A stretch of DNA of 63,777 nucleotides, filler included, from Stramenopiles sp. TOSAG23-6 (GCA_900128565.1; 5 parts of 5 records of this genome joined end to end with filler, not necessarily neighbours in it), one strand, 5' to 3'; positions 31,765 through 43,006 are shown, numbered from the whole stretch's first letter. A program made the numbers and translations. Notes: generated by a model not told the origin, from the letters alone.

Positions 31765-33909
31765 TCATGTATATTTTGGTGCAGTACTTCCACCACTATT
31801 CTTCCCTGAAAAATTTGCATCAAAATGCCCACAATCTCCTAAATAACCAATACCATTATTACCATCCGAACTAACATGATTTTTAAAACAGTTACATATT
31901 CCTCTGGACGTGTCACAGGTACCGCCATTTGCACATTCTACTTTCTGTGTAGCGCCAGCAGTTGTAGTGTCATGCGATGTAGTAACTGTGGAATCTGAAG
32001 TTGTACTAGTAAGCTCAGCGACATCGCCTAATTCTGAAAAGAAAGTAATCTCAATAGTTTGTCCTGTAGAGTTACAAGCTGTTGCAGCTCCTGATCCAGT
32101 AAACTTGACAATAACATCACCAATGGACGTTATTGCTTCTAATATTTCCTCAACAGATGTTCCATCTGGAGTGGCTGCTGTATTAGCAACTGCATCTATA
32201 CTAATTAATGCAGTTGTGACACCTCCAAATGTTAGATAAAACCCAGAAGTGTTAGGACTAGATGATCCTACATCATCTGTACATGTAACAGTTTGTATCT
32301 CAGGTGATGCACCTTTATTTGTTGTAGGATTTCCGTATGGACATGTTCGTTGTGAACAATCATACCCTGTCCAATCACTAACATTACCAGGATATGGGGA
32401 TGTAAAAGTGTATTCCCCAGAATCACATTCACAACCTCTTAATTTATCAGCATCCCAAGTAAGTGAATTAGCAGCATCCGCGCCATATGTGTAACCAGCA
32501 GCAACCGCAAGTTGAGATAGTGATCGACATCTACCTCGGCCATTACATTTACATTTTAGACGTTCACATGCTCTGCCTTCAAAATTATCTTCGCAAGAAC
32601 AAACGCCAATAGCTCGGTCGCATTCGCCTCTGTTAGAGCATTCAGCAAGATTATGCGCAGTATTTGTACCCGTAGGTTCATCCCACCAAGCTACACCTAA
32701 TGGGCATAATCTATCAAAACAAGAATAACCAGAGTATCCATCATTACATTGACACGTATAATTTGGTGACCCTGAACAAGTTCCATGACCAGAACATTCA
32801 GCATAAGTACTAGGAGTTGGTTTACCCATTGCACAAGAAGTAAGAGTCACAGATCCATCCTGATATGCACAATTTCCAACATCTCCAGCACTTCCTTTCA
32901 TATCCGAATTACTAAATCCAGGATCACATGTACATATACCAGTAGATTCACAAAGACCTCGACCAGAACATTCAACATTTTCTTTCGTGCCTGTCACTGA
33001 AGATATATTATCCTCTCCAGGATTCACTTTTGTACCCTTAGTTCCAATAGAAAACGTTATTGCTGTTGTGGAGGTCGTCGTTAAACTATTGCGCATCATA
33101 CGCAGTGCTGGAAGATCTCCATGTTCAGTGAGGAATGTAATTGCAGTAGATGAACCTAAATTTGTACACACTTTAGGTGATGAAAATTCTAACGTAACAG
33201 TGACGTCATTTATAGTTTCTAATTTTTCAAGTTCTGCTTCAATTGTTGCTGCGTTTGCATCATACGATATGTCATCAGTAGTCACTCCACGAAAAGATAG
33301 ACGGAATGTTCCAGAGCATGTATCAGGACATGCGCAATATAACTCTTGTACTTCATCCACTTGACCTGTTGTCAAAGGGTCATCCCCAGATGGACAATTT
33401 CGTTTTTCACAGTGGACGCCACTAAAACCTCGGTCACAAACACATCCATAGGCTTTATCTGCATCCCAAACATTATAAATTTGTGTTTGCATAAGAGAGT
33501 AATCATTTTGCTCGGATGCAGCCTGTCGAAGACTCAAGCATCTTCCATTTCTGCTACACCCTCCAGCACTTCCTCCACCACCTCCACTTGCTCCCTCACA
33601 GTACATTTTTTCACATGCCATGCCTGCAAAGCCTTCACGGCATTTACATATTCCTGTTTTACGATCACATAAGCCCATACCAGAACATTCTGTGTTAGCT
33701 GCATGTGCTGTATCCGTAGCAGTAGCACTATCCACCCACGCGTTATCTCGGGGGCATTCACGTTCAGAGCAATCACCCGATCTATAGCCGTTGTAACAAG
33801 TACAACCTGAAGCTGAACAGACACCATGACCAGAGCATTGATTAGGGCAAGCATACGCATCAATAAAAGATATTTGATAGATTAAAATTGTTAGGAACAC
33901 TAAAATCAT
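31765..33909 (-). CDS. Tubular mastigoneme-type EGF/tenascin-repeat protein (SIG/Ocm/mas family)
   Basis: Signal peptide; CP..AW.D..AH..ECS..G.CDR, WDADK..GC.CD and CPSGDDPLT motifs typical of stramenopile mastigoneme proteins. Confidence 0.8.
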   Translation of the reverse strand: MILVFLTILIYQISFIDAYACPNQCSGHGVCSASGCTCYNGYRSGDCSERECPRDNAWVDSATATDTAHAANTECSGMGLCDRKTGICKCREGFAGMACEKMYCEGASGGGGGSAGGCSRNGRCLSLRQAASEQNDYSLMQTQIYNVWDADKAYGCVCDRGFSGVHCEKRNCPSGDDPLTTGQVDEVQELYCACPDTCSGTFRLSFRGVTTDDISYDANAATIEAELEKLETINDVTVTLEFSSPKVCTNLGSSTAITFLTEHGDLPALRMMRNSLTTTSTTAITFSIGTKGTKVNPGEDNISSVTGTKENVECSGRGLCESTGICTCDPGFSNSDMKGSAGDVGNCAYQDGSVTLTSCAMGKPTPSTYAECSGHGTCSGSPNYTCQCNDGYSGYSCFDRLCPLGVAWWDEPTGTNTAHNLAECSNRGECDRAIGVCSCEDNFEGRACERLKCKCNGRGRCRSLSQLAVAAGYTYGADAANSLTWDADKLRGCECDSGEYTFTSPYPGNVSDWTGYDCSQRTCPYGNPTTNKGASPEIQTVTCTDDVGSSSPNTSGFYLTFGGVTTALISIDAVANTAATPDGTSVEEILEAITSIGDVIVKFTGSGAATACNSTGQTIEITFFSELGDVAELTSTTSDSTVTTSHDTTTAGATQKVECANGGTCDTSRGICNCFKNHVSSDGNNGIGYLGDCGHFDANFSGKNSGGSTAPKYT

Positions 33910-34210
33910 TTTTCTCTACTATTATGTCACCCTCTTCAAATGTTTCAATCAATCAAATAGACGCGGTAGCTTGTGAGGTACTACGCATTGTTTCTCAAAA
34001 ATCCGTTGGGGAAGCAAAAGTAACTGTCAAAAATGGCACAAACCTGTATTTACTTCACAATGTTGTGTTGTGTTGTTTTTTTCTACTTTCTACCTTTTTA
34101 GTTTTTACTTACATACAATAAAATGTGGATAGCAAAAAAAAATAAAGAAAGTTAATCAATGAAAGAAATATCAATTATTATTATATTATAAATACAAATC
34201 ATTATTTTTT

Positions 34211-35689
34211 TTAATCCGACTCACTCTCATCCGTCTCCGAATCACTACTACTACTACCTAACAAAGAACTATAAAAATTTGTAGAATTATCTTCACTACC
34301 GTTATACACAAATCCGGAATCTAAAGTTAAATCATAGAAATTATTGGCACATCTCTCTGCACATCGACGGCAGCCAGACAAATTGCCGTTATCAGGTCCA
34401 ATTTGTAAAAGTGCTAAAGCTCCAACTACAGAAAAAAACTCATCACCCCAATCGAGATCCTCATCAATGTCAGGAAGACCATCAATTATTGGAAGTTGAA
34501 ATTGATTAACAACTTGTTTTAAAAGAGGAATTTGTTCTAAATCAAGCTTCGAACCAGTGGCTAGAATAACTCTATCTGCAAGTATAGAATCTGAACCATA
34601 ACGAAACTTCAAATGGACATGTCCAACATCTGAAGGAAGAGTCTCACAATTGTCACAACATTCAGCATAACTTAAATCATCAACCCAATGTTCCATACGC
34701 CCAGCATTGACTTCTTTGTCAAGCATATCAATGTATCGTTGAGGAATTGATGCTCCTCCACGTGCTTTTTTTACCCATCGAGCTCTCTCTTCTTTGGGGG
34801 TTTCAAAAAATTCGTACATTCGGAATTTATTACATCTTCCTTTGCAAGAAGCACGCCATCCAGCCCTCGGATCGAGCCAAACAAGAGGTAAATCATAGTG
34901 ACGTGATTCTAGAGGACGACGGCTAACATGTATTACCCTGCTGGCACCTCGTTCTACTGCGAGAAGAGCTGCTTGTGCTGAACTAAGTCCTCCACCAACA
35001 ACAACAACACTTTCATTCGCACACTGAAGTCCTTGTAACTGAGACCATTGGAATGTATGAATGATACGTGGACAATGTGTTTTACCCAAACACATTTTGT
35101 GGTGAATATGGGCAAGTGGTTGAGGTATTTGAGGATTACTTGCCGCACCAAGAGCAAAGACAATGCGACGAGCCTGTATACTCGAAGATAGCTCCGAAAA
35201 GACTTCATACACACCACTGTCCTGTTTTTCTATACGTTGTGCCTTGCCACAAATAAATGTGTGAGGTAATGAAGCAGCAAGGTCATCACAGAAGTCTTCA
35301 AATAGCTGTTTTCCAGGGAGTTGGAAAAGGCCAGCGTCTTCTAATTGTCTCAAGTCTTTTAAATTCTCCTTTGGTAATTGGTCGCTATGTAATTCATTCA
35401 TTCTATCATTCTTTAAGGCATATTCTAGAAGGGCCGCAGTACTAAAAAAGTCTGGTGATGCCCATGCGGGTGAACGCAACATGTCAATATTAAGCGATTT
35501 AAATCGTCCCTTCCATTCACTGAGCCAAGTGCCACCGGGGTCAATGACACACACGGATAGCCTGCGTGCATTGCCAATTTTGTCTCTACGCCACGACGAC
35601 TCTGATACAACTCCCTCAGGGTTGTGTATGGCACTCAAGACTGAGAGTCCGGCCGGACCTGCACCGATTATGCACACGTCATATACCAT
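34211..35689 (-). CDS. FAD/NAD(P)-binding oxidoreductase (monooxygenase-like)
   Basis: IIGAGPAG, MLRSP, VVGGGLSSAQ and ILATG motifs. Confidence 0.85.
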   Translation of the reverse strand: MVYDVCIIGAGPAGLSVLSAIHNPEGVVSESSWRRDKIGNARRLSVCVIDPGGTWLSEWKGRFKSLNIDMLRSPAWASPDFFSTAALLEYALKNDRMNELHSDQLPKENLKDLRQLEDAGLFQLPGKQLFEDFCDDLAASLPHTFICGKAQRIEKQDSGVYEVFSELSSSIQARRIVFALGAASNPQIPQPLAHIHHKMCLGKTHCPRIIHTFQWSQLQGLQCANESVVVVGGGLSSAQAALLAVERGASRVIHVSRRPLESRHYDLPLVWLDPRAGWRASCKGRCNKFRMYEFFETPKEERARWVKKARGGASIPQRYIDMLDKEVNAGRMEHWVDDLSYAECCDNCETLPSDVGHVHLKFRYGSDSILADRVILATGSKLDLEQIPLLKQVVNQFQLPIIDGLPDIDEDLDWGDEFFSVVGALALLQIGPDNGNLSGCRRCAERCANNFYDLTLDSGFVYNGSEDNSTNFYSSLLGSSSSDSETDESESD

Positions 35690-35845
35690 AATTATCGTTG
35701 CTCTTCCTGAATAGCTTCCCTGAGTATCCTTCTGTGAAAGTGAACTCTGACGAAGAGCTCGCTATTTTGCTACTTAAGGTAATATAAGAAAGCATGGTAC
35801 CTTCGACGTCGTTCTTCTTTTTTGCGCTGGCGTCTAGATATTGTA

Positions 35846-35869
35846 ACCCTAACCCTAACCCTAACCCTA
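35846..35869. repeat. Interstitial telomere-like (AACCCT)4
   Basis: AACCCTAACCCTAACCCTAACCCT in a divergent promoter. Confidence 0.85.
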
Positions 35870-35977
35870 CTAGACGTCGTTCGTATTTCGTCGAAAAAAA
35901 AAAACTGATGTTCACATGACCTCTCTCTCGAGAAAACACAAGAAGGACTGCAAGTTTCGTTTCCAGGTTGAAACAAA

Positions 35978-38219
35978 ATGCCTAGGCATGGACGTGGAAA
36001 AGGTTCATCTAGTCGAGGGAATCAAAAGGATAGGTCACAGAAAAGTCAAGGGACTGATGTTCATGCAAAGCAAACGAATAATGAAAAAAATGGCAAAAGA
36101 TCACTCCGCAAAAATAAAAATAATAAGGGTCATCGTAACAACAACAAGTATTCGAAACAACACCACAGTGGTAGCGGTAGGGAAAAGTTCACAGGTTACC
36201 GAAAGCATATGGAGAAATCGGATGTTGATATAGGTTTGGAAAATGGAAAATTCTATGAAGGTACAATTCGTATTAACAAAAAGAAAAGAACTGAAGCTTA
36301 TGTTTCAGTTCAAGGGATACCGTTTGATGTGTTCATTGATGGTGACACTGCTCGCAACCGTGCTTTAGAAGGTGATATTGTATGCATTGAACTCCTACCT
36401 AGATCAATATGGCAATCTCGTAATGCTAATTTTTGTAGAAATAAAAATGAAACTAAAGCGAATGAAAAATTTATAGATCCTGTGAACTGCCCTACAGTAG
36501 AACCAAAGTTTAAGATTGAAACTGATTTGGATGCCGTCAATACAAAAGACAATAATAATTTATGGCCCATGCAATACACTCAACCAACACCAGCTGAAAA
36601 TATAGAATCAACTGGAAACAATCCATTTGATCATTTAGCCTCAACAAAACTTACTGAGGATGGTGTATTTTGTAAAGAAAATAATTTTCAACCTTCAGGA
36701 CAAGTCATTGCAATTCGTGAAAAACGTCACCGCAACGATCTTCTCGGTCACTTACGCTTCTCTAATAATGATATGAATGGAGCATTACCTACACGCGTAT
36801 CGTATATTTTGTTTTCCCCTCGTGATCCTCGATACCCATTTGTAAAAATCCCACGACAGTTTCTTCCTGAAAAAGCTATTTCGGATCCACGTTCTGCTTC
36901 ACTTGATCTTTGGAGTGTTTGTCTTGATCGTGTATGGTTTCATCATGAATTTTAGATTTCAATTTTTTTTTCGTACGAAATTTCGTACCTAACGAATTTG
37001 AAATTTTTGAAATATTTTTTCACTATACATGATTGGAACGCCAAGGAAAAATCTCCAACGGGTAAAGTTAGAATTTCGATTGGCCAGGCTGGTGAAATAG
37101 CAACAGAAACAGCTGCTCTATTACGTGAGAATGGATGTGATCATGGCTCATTTCCTTCTGCTGTGTTGAATGAAATTGCTATAGAAGTTGGAGATTCATG
37201 GTCAATGTACGTTTTTCATTTGGATTTTTTACGTAATTTTTTTTTCATAGAAAATTCTGTACCTAACGATTTTTTTTTTTTACTAAAAAAAAAAAACAAA
37301 CAACAATATTTTTTCACTATACATCCCTCCTGATGAATTTCTTAATCGTCGAGATTATCGCAAGACACGGATTTTTTCAATCGATCCAGCAACAGCAAAA
37401 GATTTAGATGATGCTTTACATATCACACCTTGTAAGTTATCCGATGGATCAGATGGTTTCGAAATTGGTGTCCACATTGCTGATGTTTCACATTTTGTAA
37501 GACCCGGTACCGCACTTGATGCAGAAGCGCAGCGAAGATCTACAACTGTATATTTGAATCAGTTTTGTATACCTATGCTCCCACCTCGTTTATGTGAGCA
37601 GTTATGTTCCTTAAATCCTGGTGAAGATCGTTTAGCGTATTCTGCAGTATGGAAAATGAAAGCTGATGGTGCTTTAGATAAATCGCCGTGTTGGTTTGGT
37701 CGCACTGTCATTCATACTGCATGTAAGTTAGACTATGGCACTGCTCAATTAATAATTACTGGAGAGATTTCAGCAGATGATGTGGATACACTAGCAAAGC
37801 ATGGTGAAGGTAATACTGGTTTATATTCTACCATAGAATCATTGAATGAAGTTTGGTCTCCTGAGAGACGACCAATAGATTTGAATGTTGCTGCCGCTGC
37901 TGCAAAGGATGTAATTAATCTACATAAAGTGGCATGTATGTTTTATTTTTTTTCAAATTCGAATTCTTTTTTATACGAAATTTTGTACCTAACAAATTTT
38001 AGTTTTTTTTCTTGAAATATTTTTCCAAAATACATCTTCTCGTCGTATTCGAAGGTTTACTGCAGGTGCTTTAGCTTTGCATCAACCAAAGTTATGTTTT
38101 AAATTAGATGGAGATGGAAACCCAGTATCAGTATTTACATATCCTTTAAAGGACTCCAATAGATTAGTAGAAGAATATATGCTCTTAGCTAATTATCTTG
38201 TAGCTCAACATTTATTAAT
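35978..38219 (+). CDS. DIS3L2: DIS3-like exonuclease 2 (RNase II/RNB family), 3'-partial, at least 4 exons
   Basis: RNRALEGD, IGQAGEI, SIDPATAKDLDDAL, GVHIADVSHFV and LVEEYMLLAN motifs; no PIN domain. Confidence 0.9.
36932..37030 (+). mobile_element. Family intron GT-AT (99 nt)
   Basis: Removal gives CLDRDWNAK. Confidence 0.88.
37207..37324 (+). mobile_element. Family intron GT-AT (118 nt)
   Basis: Removal gives WSIPPDEFLNRRDYR. Confidence 0.92.
37936..38035 (+). mobile_element. Family intron GT-AT (100 nt)
   Basis: Removal gives LHKVASSRRIRRFTAGAL. Confidence 0.92.
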
Positions 38220-38272
38220 GTACATTTTCATTTCAATTTTTTGTCTAATTTTTTTTCATACGAAATTTTGTA
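38220..38272 (+). mobile_element. Family intron, 5' part
   Basis: AT|GTACATTTT...; the contig ends in the core. Confidence 0.85.
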
Positions 38273-38372
38273 NNNNNNNNNNNNNNNNNNNNNNNNNNNN
38301 NNNNNNNNNNNNNNNNTTAATTAATTAANNNNNNNNNNNNNNNNNNNNNNNNNNNNNNNNNNNNNNNNNNNN
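38273..38372. other. Artificial contig linker
   Basis: Same 100-bp structure. Confidence 0.97.
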
Positions 38373-38457
38373 AAAATTGTTAGGTACAAAATTTCGTACG
38401 AAAAAAAAAATTTCGATTTTTTTTTTTTACCGAAAAAAAAAAATAAATAAAACATTC
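38373..38457 (-). mobile_element. Family intron, 5' part, GA start
   Basis: CAT|GAATGTTTT...CGTACGAAATTTTGTACCTAAC. Confidence 0.75.
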
Positions 38458-38821
38458 ATGAGCTTTTTGACGGTGCAGAGGAAATGAACCTGTTTTAATT
38501 GATAAATGTCCTCCACCTGTGAAGCATAGCATATCATCTGACTGATCATTCCATGCAACACTATTTACATTCTTTTCTCTGTGTAACATTTCATGAGTAA
38601 CTAAATCATATATATAACAAATAGACTGATCATCGACAAGGGCTAATTGTTTTTGGTTTGAAGAAATAGATAAACAACGAATGCCATTTTGAGACAATTT
38701 TTTCAGAGAACTCTTTGTCGTTGTATTTTCATGTAAAAGCTTTTTGTTTTGGAATCGAATATCAGCTGAACTTAACCCACCAGGAGTCGACAAACCTGTC
38801 ATCATTCCTGTCATTGCAGAC
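38458..38821 (-). CDS. IFT122: Internal exon of intraflagellar transport protein 122
   Basis: IRCLSIS..LALVDD..NSVAWN..DMLCFTGGGHLSIKTGSFPLHRQK matches my recollection of IFT122. Confidence 0.8.
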
Positions 38822-38924
38822 ATTTATTTTGGAAAAATATTTCAAAAAAAAAAAAAATTGTTAGGTACAAAATTTCGTACGAAAACAAATTCGATTTTTT
38901 TGTTAAAAAAAAAATAAACCGTAC
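38822..38924 (-). mobile_element. Family intron GT-AT at the CPS/IFT122 junction (probably chimeric)
   Basis: Flanking exons belong to different genes and phases. Confidence 0.75.
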
Positions 38925-40319
38925 ACTATCCATAATTGATATTTTCTGAGGGACCTTCATTACGTGTCTCAAAAATGTTTGGAATAGAAATGCAGTATCA
39001 GGTATTTTGGAAAAATATTTCAAAAAAAAAATTTGTTAGGTACAAAATTTTCAAAAAAAAAAAAATGGAATTTGAAAAAAAATAAAGCATACAGTTGGAC
39101 CACCACAAGCTTCTGGATGAAATTGGACTGAAAAAAATGGTTTACTTTCGTGAATGATTCCTTCATTTGTCATATCATTTGCATTGATGAAAAGTGGACG
39201 CCAGTATGAAGAAAGAGTTTCTGGATCAACAGCAAAGCCGTGATTTTGCGGAGTTATATAGCAACGCCCAGTACGCATATCAATACAAGGTTGATTCATT
39301 CCACGATTTCCGTACTTCATCTTAAATGTCTTTGCGCCTGTTGCAAGAGCAAGAATTTGATTACCAAGACAAATACCAAAAATTGGAACTGGAGGTTCAA
39401 GATTGAGTGCCCATTTAATACTTGTCACTGTTGCCATTGCCATCTGTGGGTCTCCAGGTCCATTGGAAATAAAAATTCCATCGTACTTGATTCCTGCAGG
39501 ATTTTTCTCAAGGTCATAATCAAATGGTACAACAATGACCTTTACGTTACATTCATTCACAAAATAGCGCACAATATTAAACTTCATTCCACAGTCAAAG
39601 GCGATGATACTACACTTACCCTTTTCATTGTAGGTTGAAATAGTTGTGGTAGAGACACTTTTCACGAGATTTTCTGCATTTGGATCAACCAATGTAACGA
39701 TAGGATGATGAGGAAATTGAATTGAACCAAGCATTACACCGTGTTCACGGATTTTCTTCGTCAATAAGCGCGTATCAACTCCGAAAATGGCTGGTACATC
39801 ATGTCTTCGCAACCACGCACTAAGTGAAGACTTAGAATTCCAATGAGAGTGCTCGAAAGAGTAATCCATAACAACGAGACCCCTGATCTGGATTTTTTTA
39901 CTCTCAAAATGGGTAGGCATACCCAACTCATCAATATCTTCCTCGTCAGGCACACCATAGTTACCAACGAGGGGATATGTGAGAATTAGAACTTGACCCG
40001 CGTAAGAAGGATCAGTCAAAGCCTCAGGATAACCAACCATTCCTGTGTTGAATACAACTTCGCCACAAATAGATTTTTCTGCACCAAATGAAAAACCTTC
40101 AAATGATGATCCATCACTAAGAGTCAAAGAAACTGCATTACTGCCAGAGCTCCATTCGAAGGCATTCTGACCATGTGAAAGACTGCGTGTCTTTGACCTT
40201 TTACCCGATGAAATAGAAGGATCTGTATTTTCATCATTGACCTTTGACAGTTTTGTGATCTTGCGATTCAAGCTATCATCCACGCTTGTGGAAGCTTGAC
40301 GTTTCCCCAAAGTCGTCAT
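38925..40319 (-). CDS. Glutamine-dependent carbamoyl-phosphate synthetase, glutaminase (small-chain) region of a CPS II/CAD-like gene, 3'-partial
   Basis: GEVVFNTGMVGYPEALTDPSY, ISNGPGDP, GICLGNQ, QNHGFAV and SVQFHPEACGGPTDTAFLF motifs. Confidence 0.92.
39000..39092 (-). mobile_element. Family intron GT-CT (93 nt)
   Basis: ACT|GTATG...AAAATACCT|GAT restores GGPTDTAFLF; CT duplicated. Confidence 0.92.
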
Positions 40320-40598
40320 TGTATTATTGATGTTCAAGAGATGCACGTTCTCAGATGAAGCTCTCTTTCTCCGAGTCGAATAATACTCCTGGAAGAGGAA
40401 TCAAAATAATCGCGATTGCATTTTGATTGCGCGATTGATTGCGTTTTTGCTGCGGATGACCGCGCGCTAATTTTTCCCCACGAAATCTGGGTCATTTTTT
40501 TTTTCCGATTTTAGATTTCGATTCGGACACCGGCCGATCCATATAGTACCGACATATATGTACTATTTTTGTGCGGAGTAAAGCGCACGCATTTTAAA

Positions 40599-42191
40599 AT
40601 GGGGGAGGAAGCTCCTCGTAGAATGGAGGATATCTTTGGTTCAGATTCATCTGACGATGAGTCCCCTCCACCAGTAGCAGCTACGCCTGAATCAGCATCA
40701 AAAGAGAAAGCAATTACAGGCGGTGGTGAGTCGGACTCTGATGACGACGATGTTATTGTGCGTAAAAGTGCGCTAAAAAATGATATTGCTGATAGTAATC
40801 CAGAAGATAGTGACGATGATGATATTCCTGTAAAACGTAGCCGTTTAAAAAAGGCAAAATCGAGCACGGATGAATCTGACTCACAGGACAGAAGCCTTTC
40901 CCCTAAAAAGAAGTCCAGACTGCGCCGCAGTAAAAGTACCGATTCAGATTCAGACGATGATGATGAAAACCTTTCCCCTAGTGATAAGTCCAAGTTAAGG
41001 CAAAAAATCGAAAGAAGTGATTCAGAAAGTAGTAGTGATAGTTCAGATGACGACAGTGACGAAAAAGTGATGAAGCGCAAACGAGATCGTAACAAGGAAG
41101 ACAGCAGAAAAAATAAAAAACGTAGGAAAGACGACTCCACCGCATATGGAGCAGAAGCTGTTGTTGCGCGAACTGTAGATGATGATAATTTCATTGATAA
41201 TGACGACGATGATGCAGATATTGTCGCTGAATATAATCAACAAAGACAGAACTTTATCGATGAACACGATGCAGAATTTGAAGATAGTGGGAGAAAGAAA
41301 AATGGTGGCTATGACTCTGATGAGGACGATTCCCACTTGAATGCAGTTGACCGTGCACAGCGTGCAATAAAGAAACGCAGACAAAAAAAGAAAGTTGTAC
41401 ACACCGAAGAAGAAATGGAAGAAATTGCAAAGCGTATACTTTATCGCTTGGAAGAGACTGCAGATAATGATTTGACTGAGGTGAAAGCGTCTAGACCTGG
41501 TACCCATAAGATTAAAGCACTAAAGTGGGCTCTGGCTGCAATTGGTCGGAAAGAAAATCAAGAGACTCTTTTATCGTTTAATCTCTGTGGTGTTTTAGAA
41601 AAGTGGCTTTCTCCACTTCCTGATGGATCACTTCCCAGTCTTGATGTTCGAACTAGGCTATATAAACTAATTCGTAAGTTACCGATTAGTAAGGAACACT
41701 TGACAAATTCTGGTCTAGGAAAAGTGACAATGGCCTTATTTCATCATAAAAAGGAGACAAAAGCAAACAAAGTAATACTTAAAGCTTTGATTGAGCAGTG
41801 GATGCGTCCAGTGTTTCAAAAATCGGATACTTATAAGGATATAATGCGTAATGTAGCAGTTGTAGACTCAGAGAATTTAAGTTATATAAAAGAACGTCGT
41901 GCAAAGAAGCATAAAAAATCTGATCTACGGCTAACTTTGACTAAAAATAAAGTACTTACCCCAAAAGATAAAGGGTTTAGGTGGCATCCAGAAAGGCAGC
42001 CGCAGATGATACTTGATTTTAAAAGACGTCCGGCTGCAAAAAAAATCCTTGAGCGCGGAAGACATTATGGTAAAAGTGATAAGCAGATGGGTATTGAACG
42101 AAGGTTGAATAAAATGAGACGAGCGCAAAAGAAAGACCCAACAAAGGTACGAATGACTGGAATGAGTATTGAGGGACGCAAATGTAAGTAA
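40599..42191 (+). CDS. IWS1: Transcription elongation factor IWS1/Spn1
   Basis: Acidic N-terminus; WLSPLPDGSLP, SGLGK, HKKET and LIEQWMRPVF motifs. Confidence 0.9.
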   Translation: MGEEAPRRMEDIFGSDSSDDESPPPVAATPESASKEKAITGGGESDSDDDDVIVRKSALKNDIADSNPEDSDDDDIPVKRSRLKKAKSSTDESDSQDRSLSPKKKSRLRRSKSTDSDSDDDDENLSPSDKSKLRQKIERSDSESSSDSSDDDSDEKVMKRKRDRNKEDSRKNKKRRKDDSTAYGAEAVVARTVDDDNFIDNDDDDADIVAEYNQQRQNFIDEHDAEFEDSGRKKNGGYDSDEDDSHLNAVDRAQRAIKKRRQKKKVVHTEEEMEEIAKRILYRLEETADNDLTEVKASRPGTHKIKALKWALAAIGRKENQETLLSFNLCGVLEKWLSPLPDGSLPSLDVRTRLYKLIRKLPISKEHLTNSGLGKVTMALFHHKKETKANKVILKALIEQWMRPVFQKSDTYKDIMRNVAVVDSENLSYIKERRAKKHKKSDLRLTLTKNKVLTPKDKGFRWHPERQPQMILDFKRRPAAKKILERGRHYGKSDKQMGIERRLNKMRRAQKKDPTKVRMTGMSIEGRKCK

Positions 42192-42377
42192 TTGCGATAT
42201 AACATATGTATATAGAGTAACGCTTGACTTATGAAGCTCTCCTACATTTGTTTATATTGTGAATACTTTAAGTTTTGTTTGACTCTTTGATATCTAAATA
42301 AAGAAAATTTCCTACTATTTTTTATATAATGATTAAATATATTCTCTATTCATTACCTACGAGTAAACACATATATT

Positions 42378-42740
42378 CTATATTTGGTCCTTCACTGCGA
42401 CACGGTCGAGTATAGACTCCAAATTACTATCGAGCGTTCTGTACATGGCTTTGCGTTCTCGTTCCTCCTGCACACGAAGACGCTTTCGCCAAGGTTTCTC
42501 GTAATATTTTCTTCGTTGCACTGCATTTGTCGTTTTATCCTCTTTTGCTACATTTGCCAAAGTATAGTGAGCTTTTAATATTTCACTCCGGTCAGAACCG
42601 TTTGGGTTTAAAGTGATGCGGATTCCAGCCTTACTACTCATCCAACCTCCATCTCCTGGTGAGGTAGGACCCGTGCACATGCAACGAACTACAGAACGAC
42701 TTACAATTGGGCGTAATACGAAACAACCCCTAGTCAACAT
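42378..42740 (-). CDS. MRPS21: Mitochondrial ribosomal protein S21 (bS21m)
   Basis: Arg-rich presequence and RRKYYEKPWRKR motif. Confidence 0.75.
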   Translation of the reverse strand: MLTRGCFVLRPIVSRSVVRCMCTGPTSPGDGGWMSSKAGIRITLNPNGSDRSEILKAHYTLANVAKEDKTTNAVQRRKYYEKPWRKRLRVQEERERKAMYRTLDSNLESILDRVAVKDQI

Positions 42741-43006
42741 TCTCAAATCTAATAATTAGAGAGTCTTCAAAAATTAGTAGCTACAAGATTACAACAAAGT
42801 AGTACACACGTACCACTGTTGTAAAAAAAAAAAAAAAGCAATGTAGTAGTCAAACACGTGTCGCGAATCGCGATAATAATTCTAAATTTCTGTGGCTAGG
42901 GTTAGGGTTAGTTATATATTCATTGGATCTTGGCCGCATCTTGGCCCTTGGCCACCACAACAAGTACCACTCTCTCTCGAATAACACTAATAGGTATTTT
43001 TTTGCA

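Noticed and set aside
35978-38272. Pseudogenes or an alternative genetic code explaining the fragmented ORFs
   Set aside because: The stops and frameshifts I checked fall inside the inserts; exons are clean in the standard code and intronless genes are intact.
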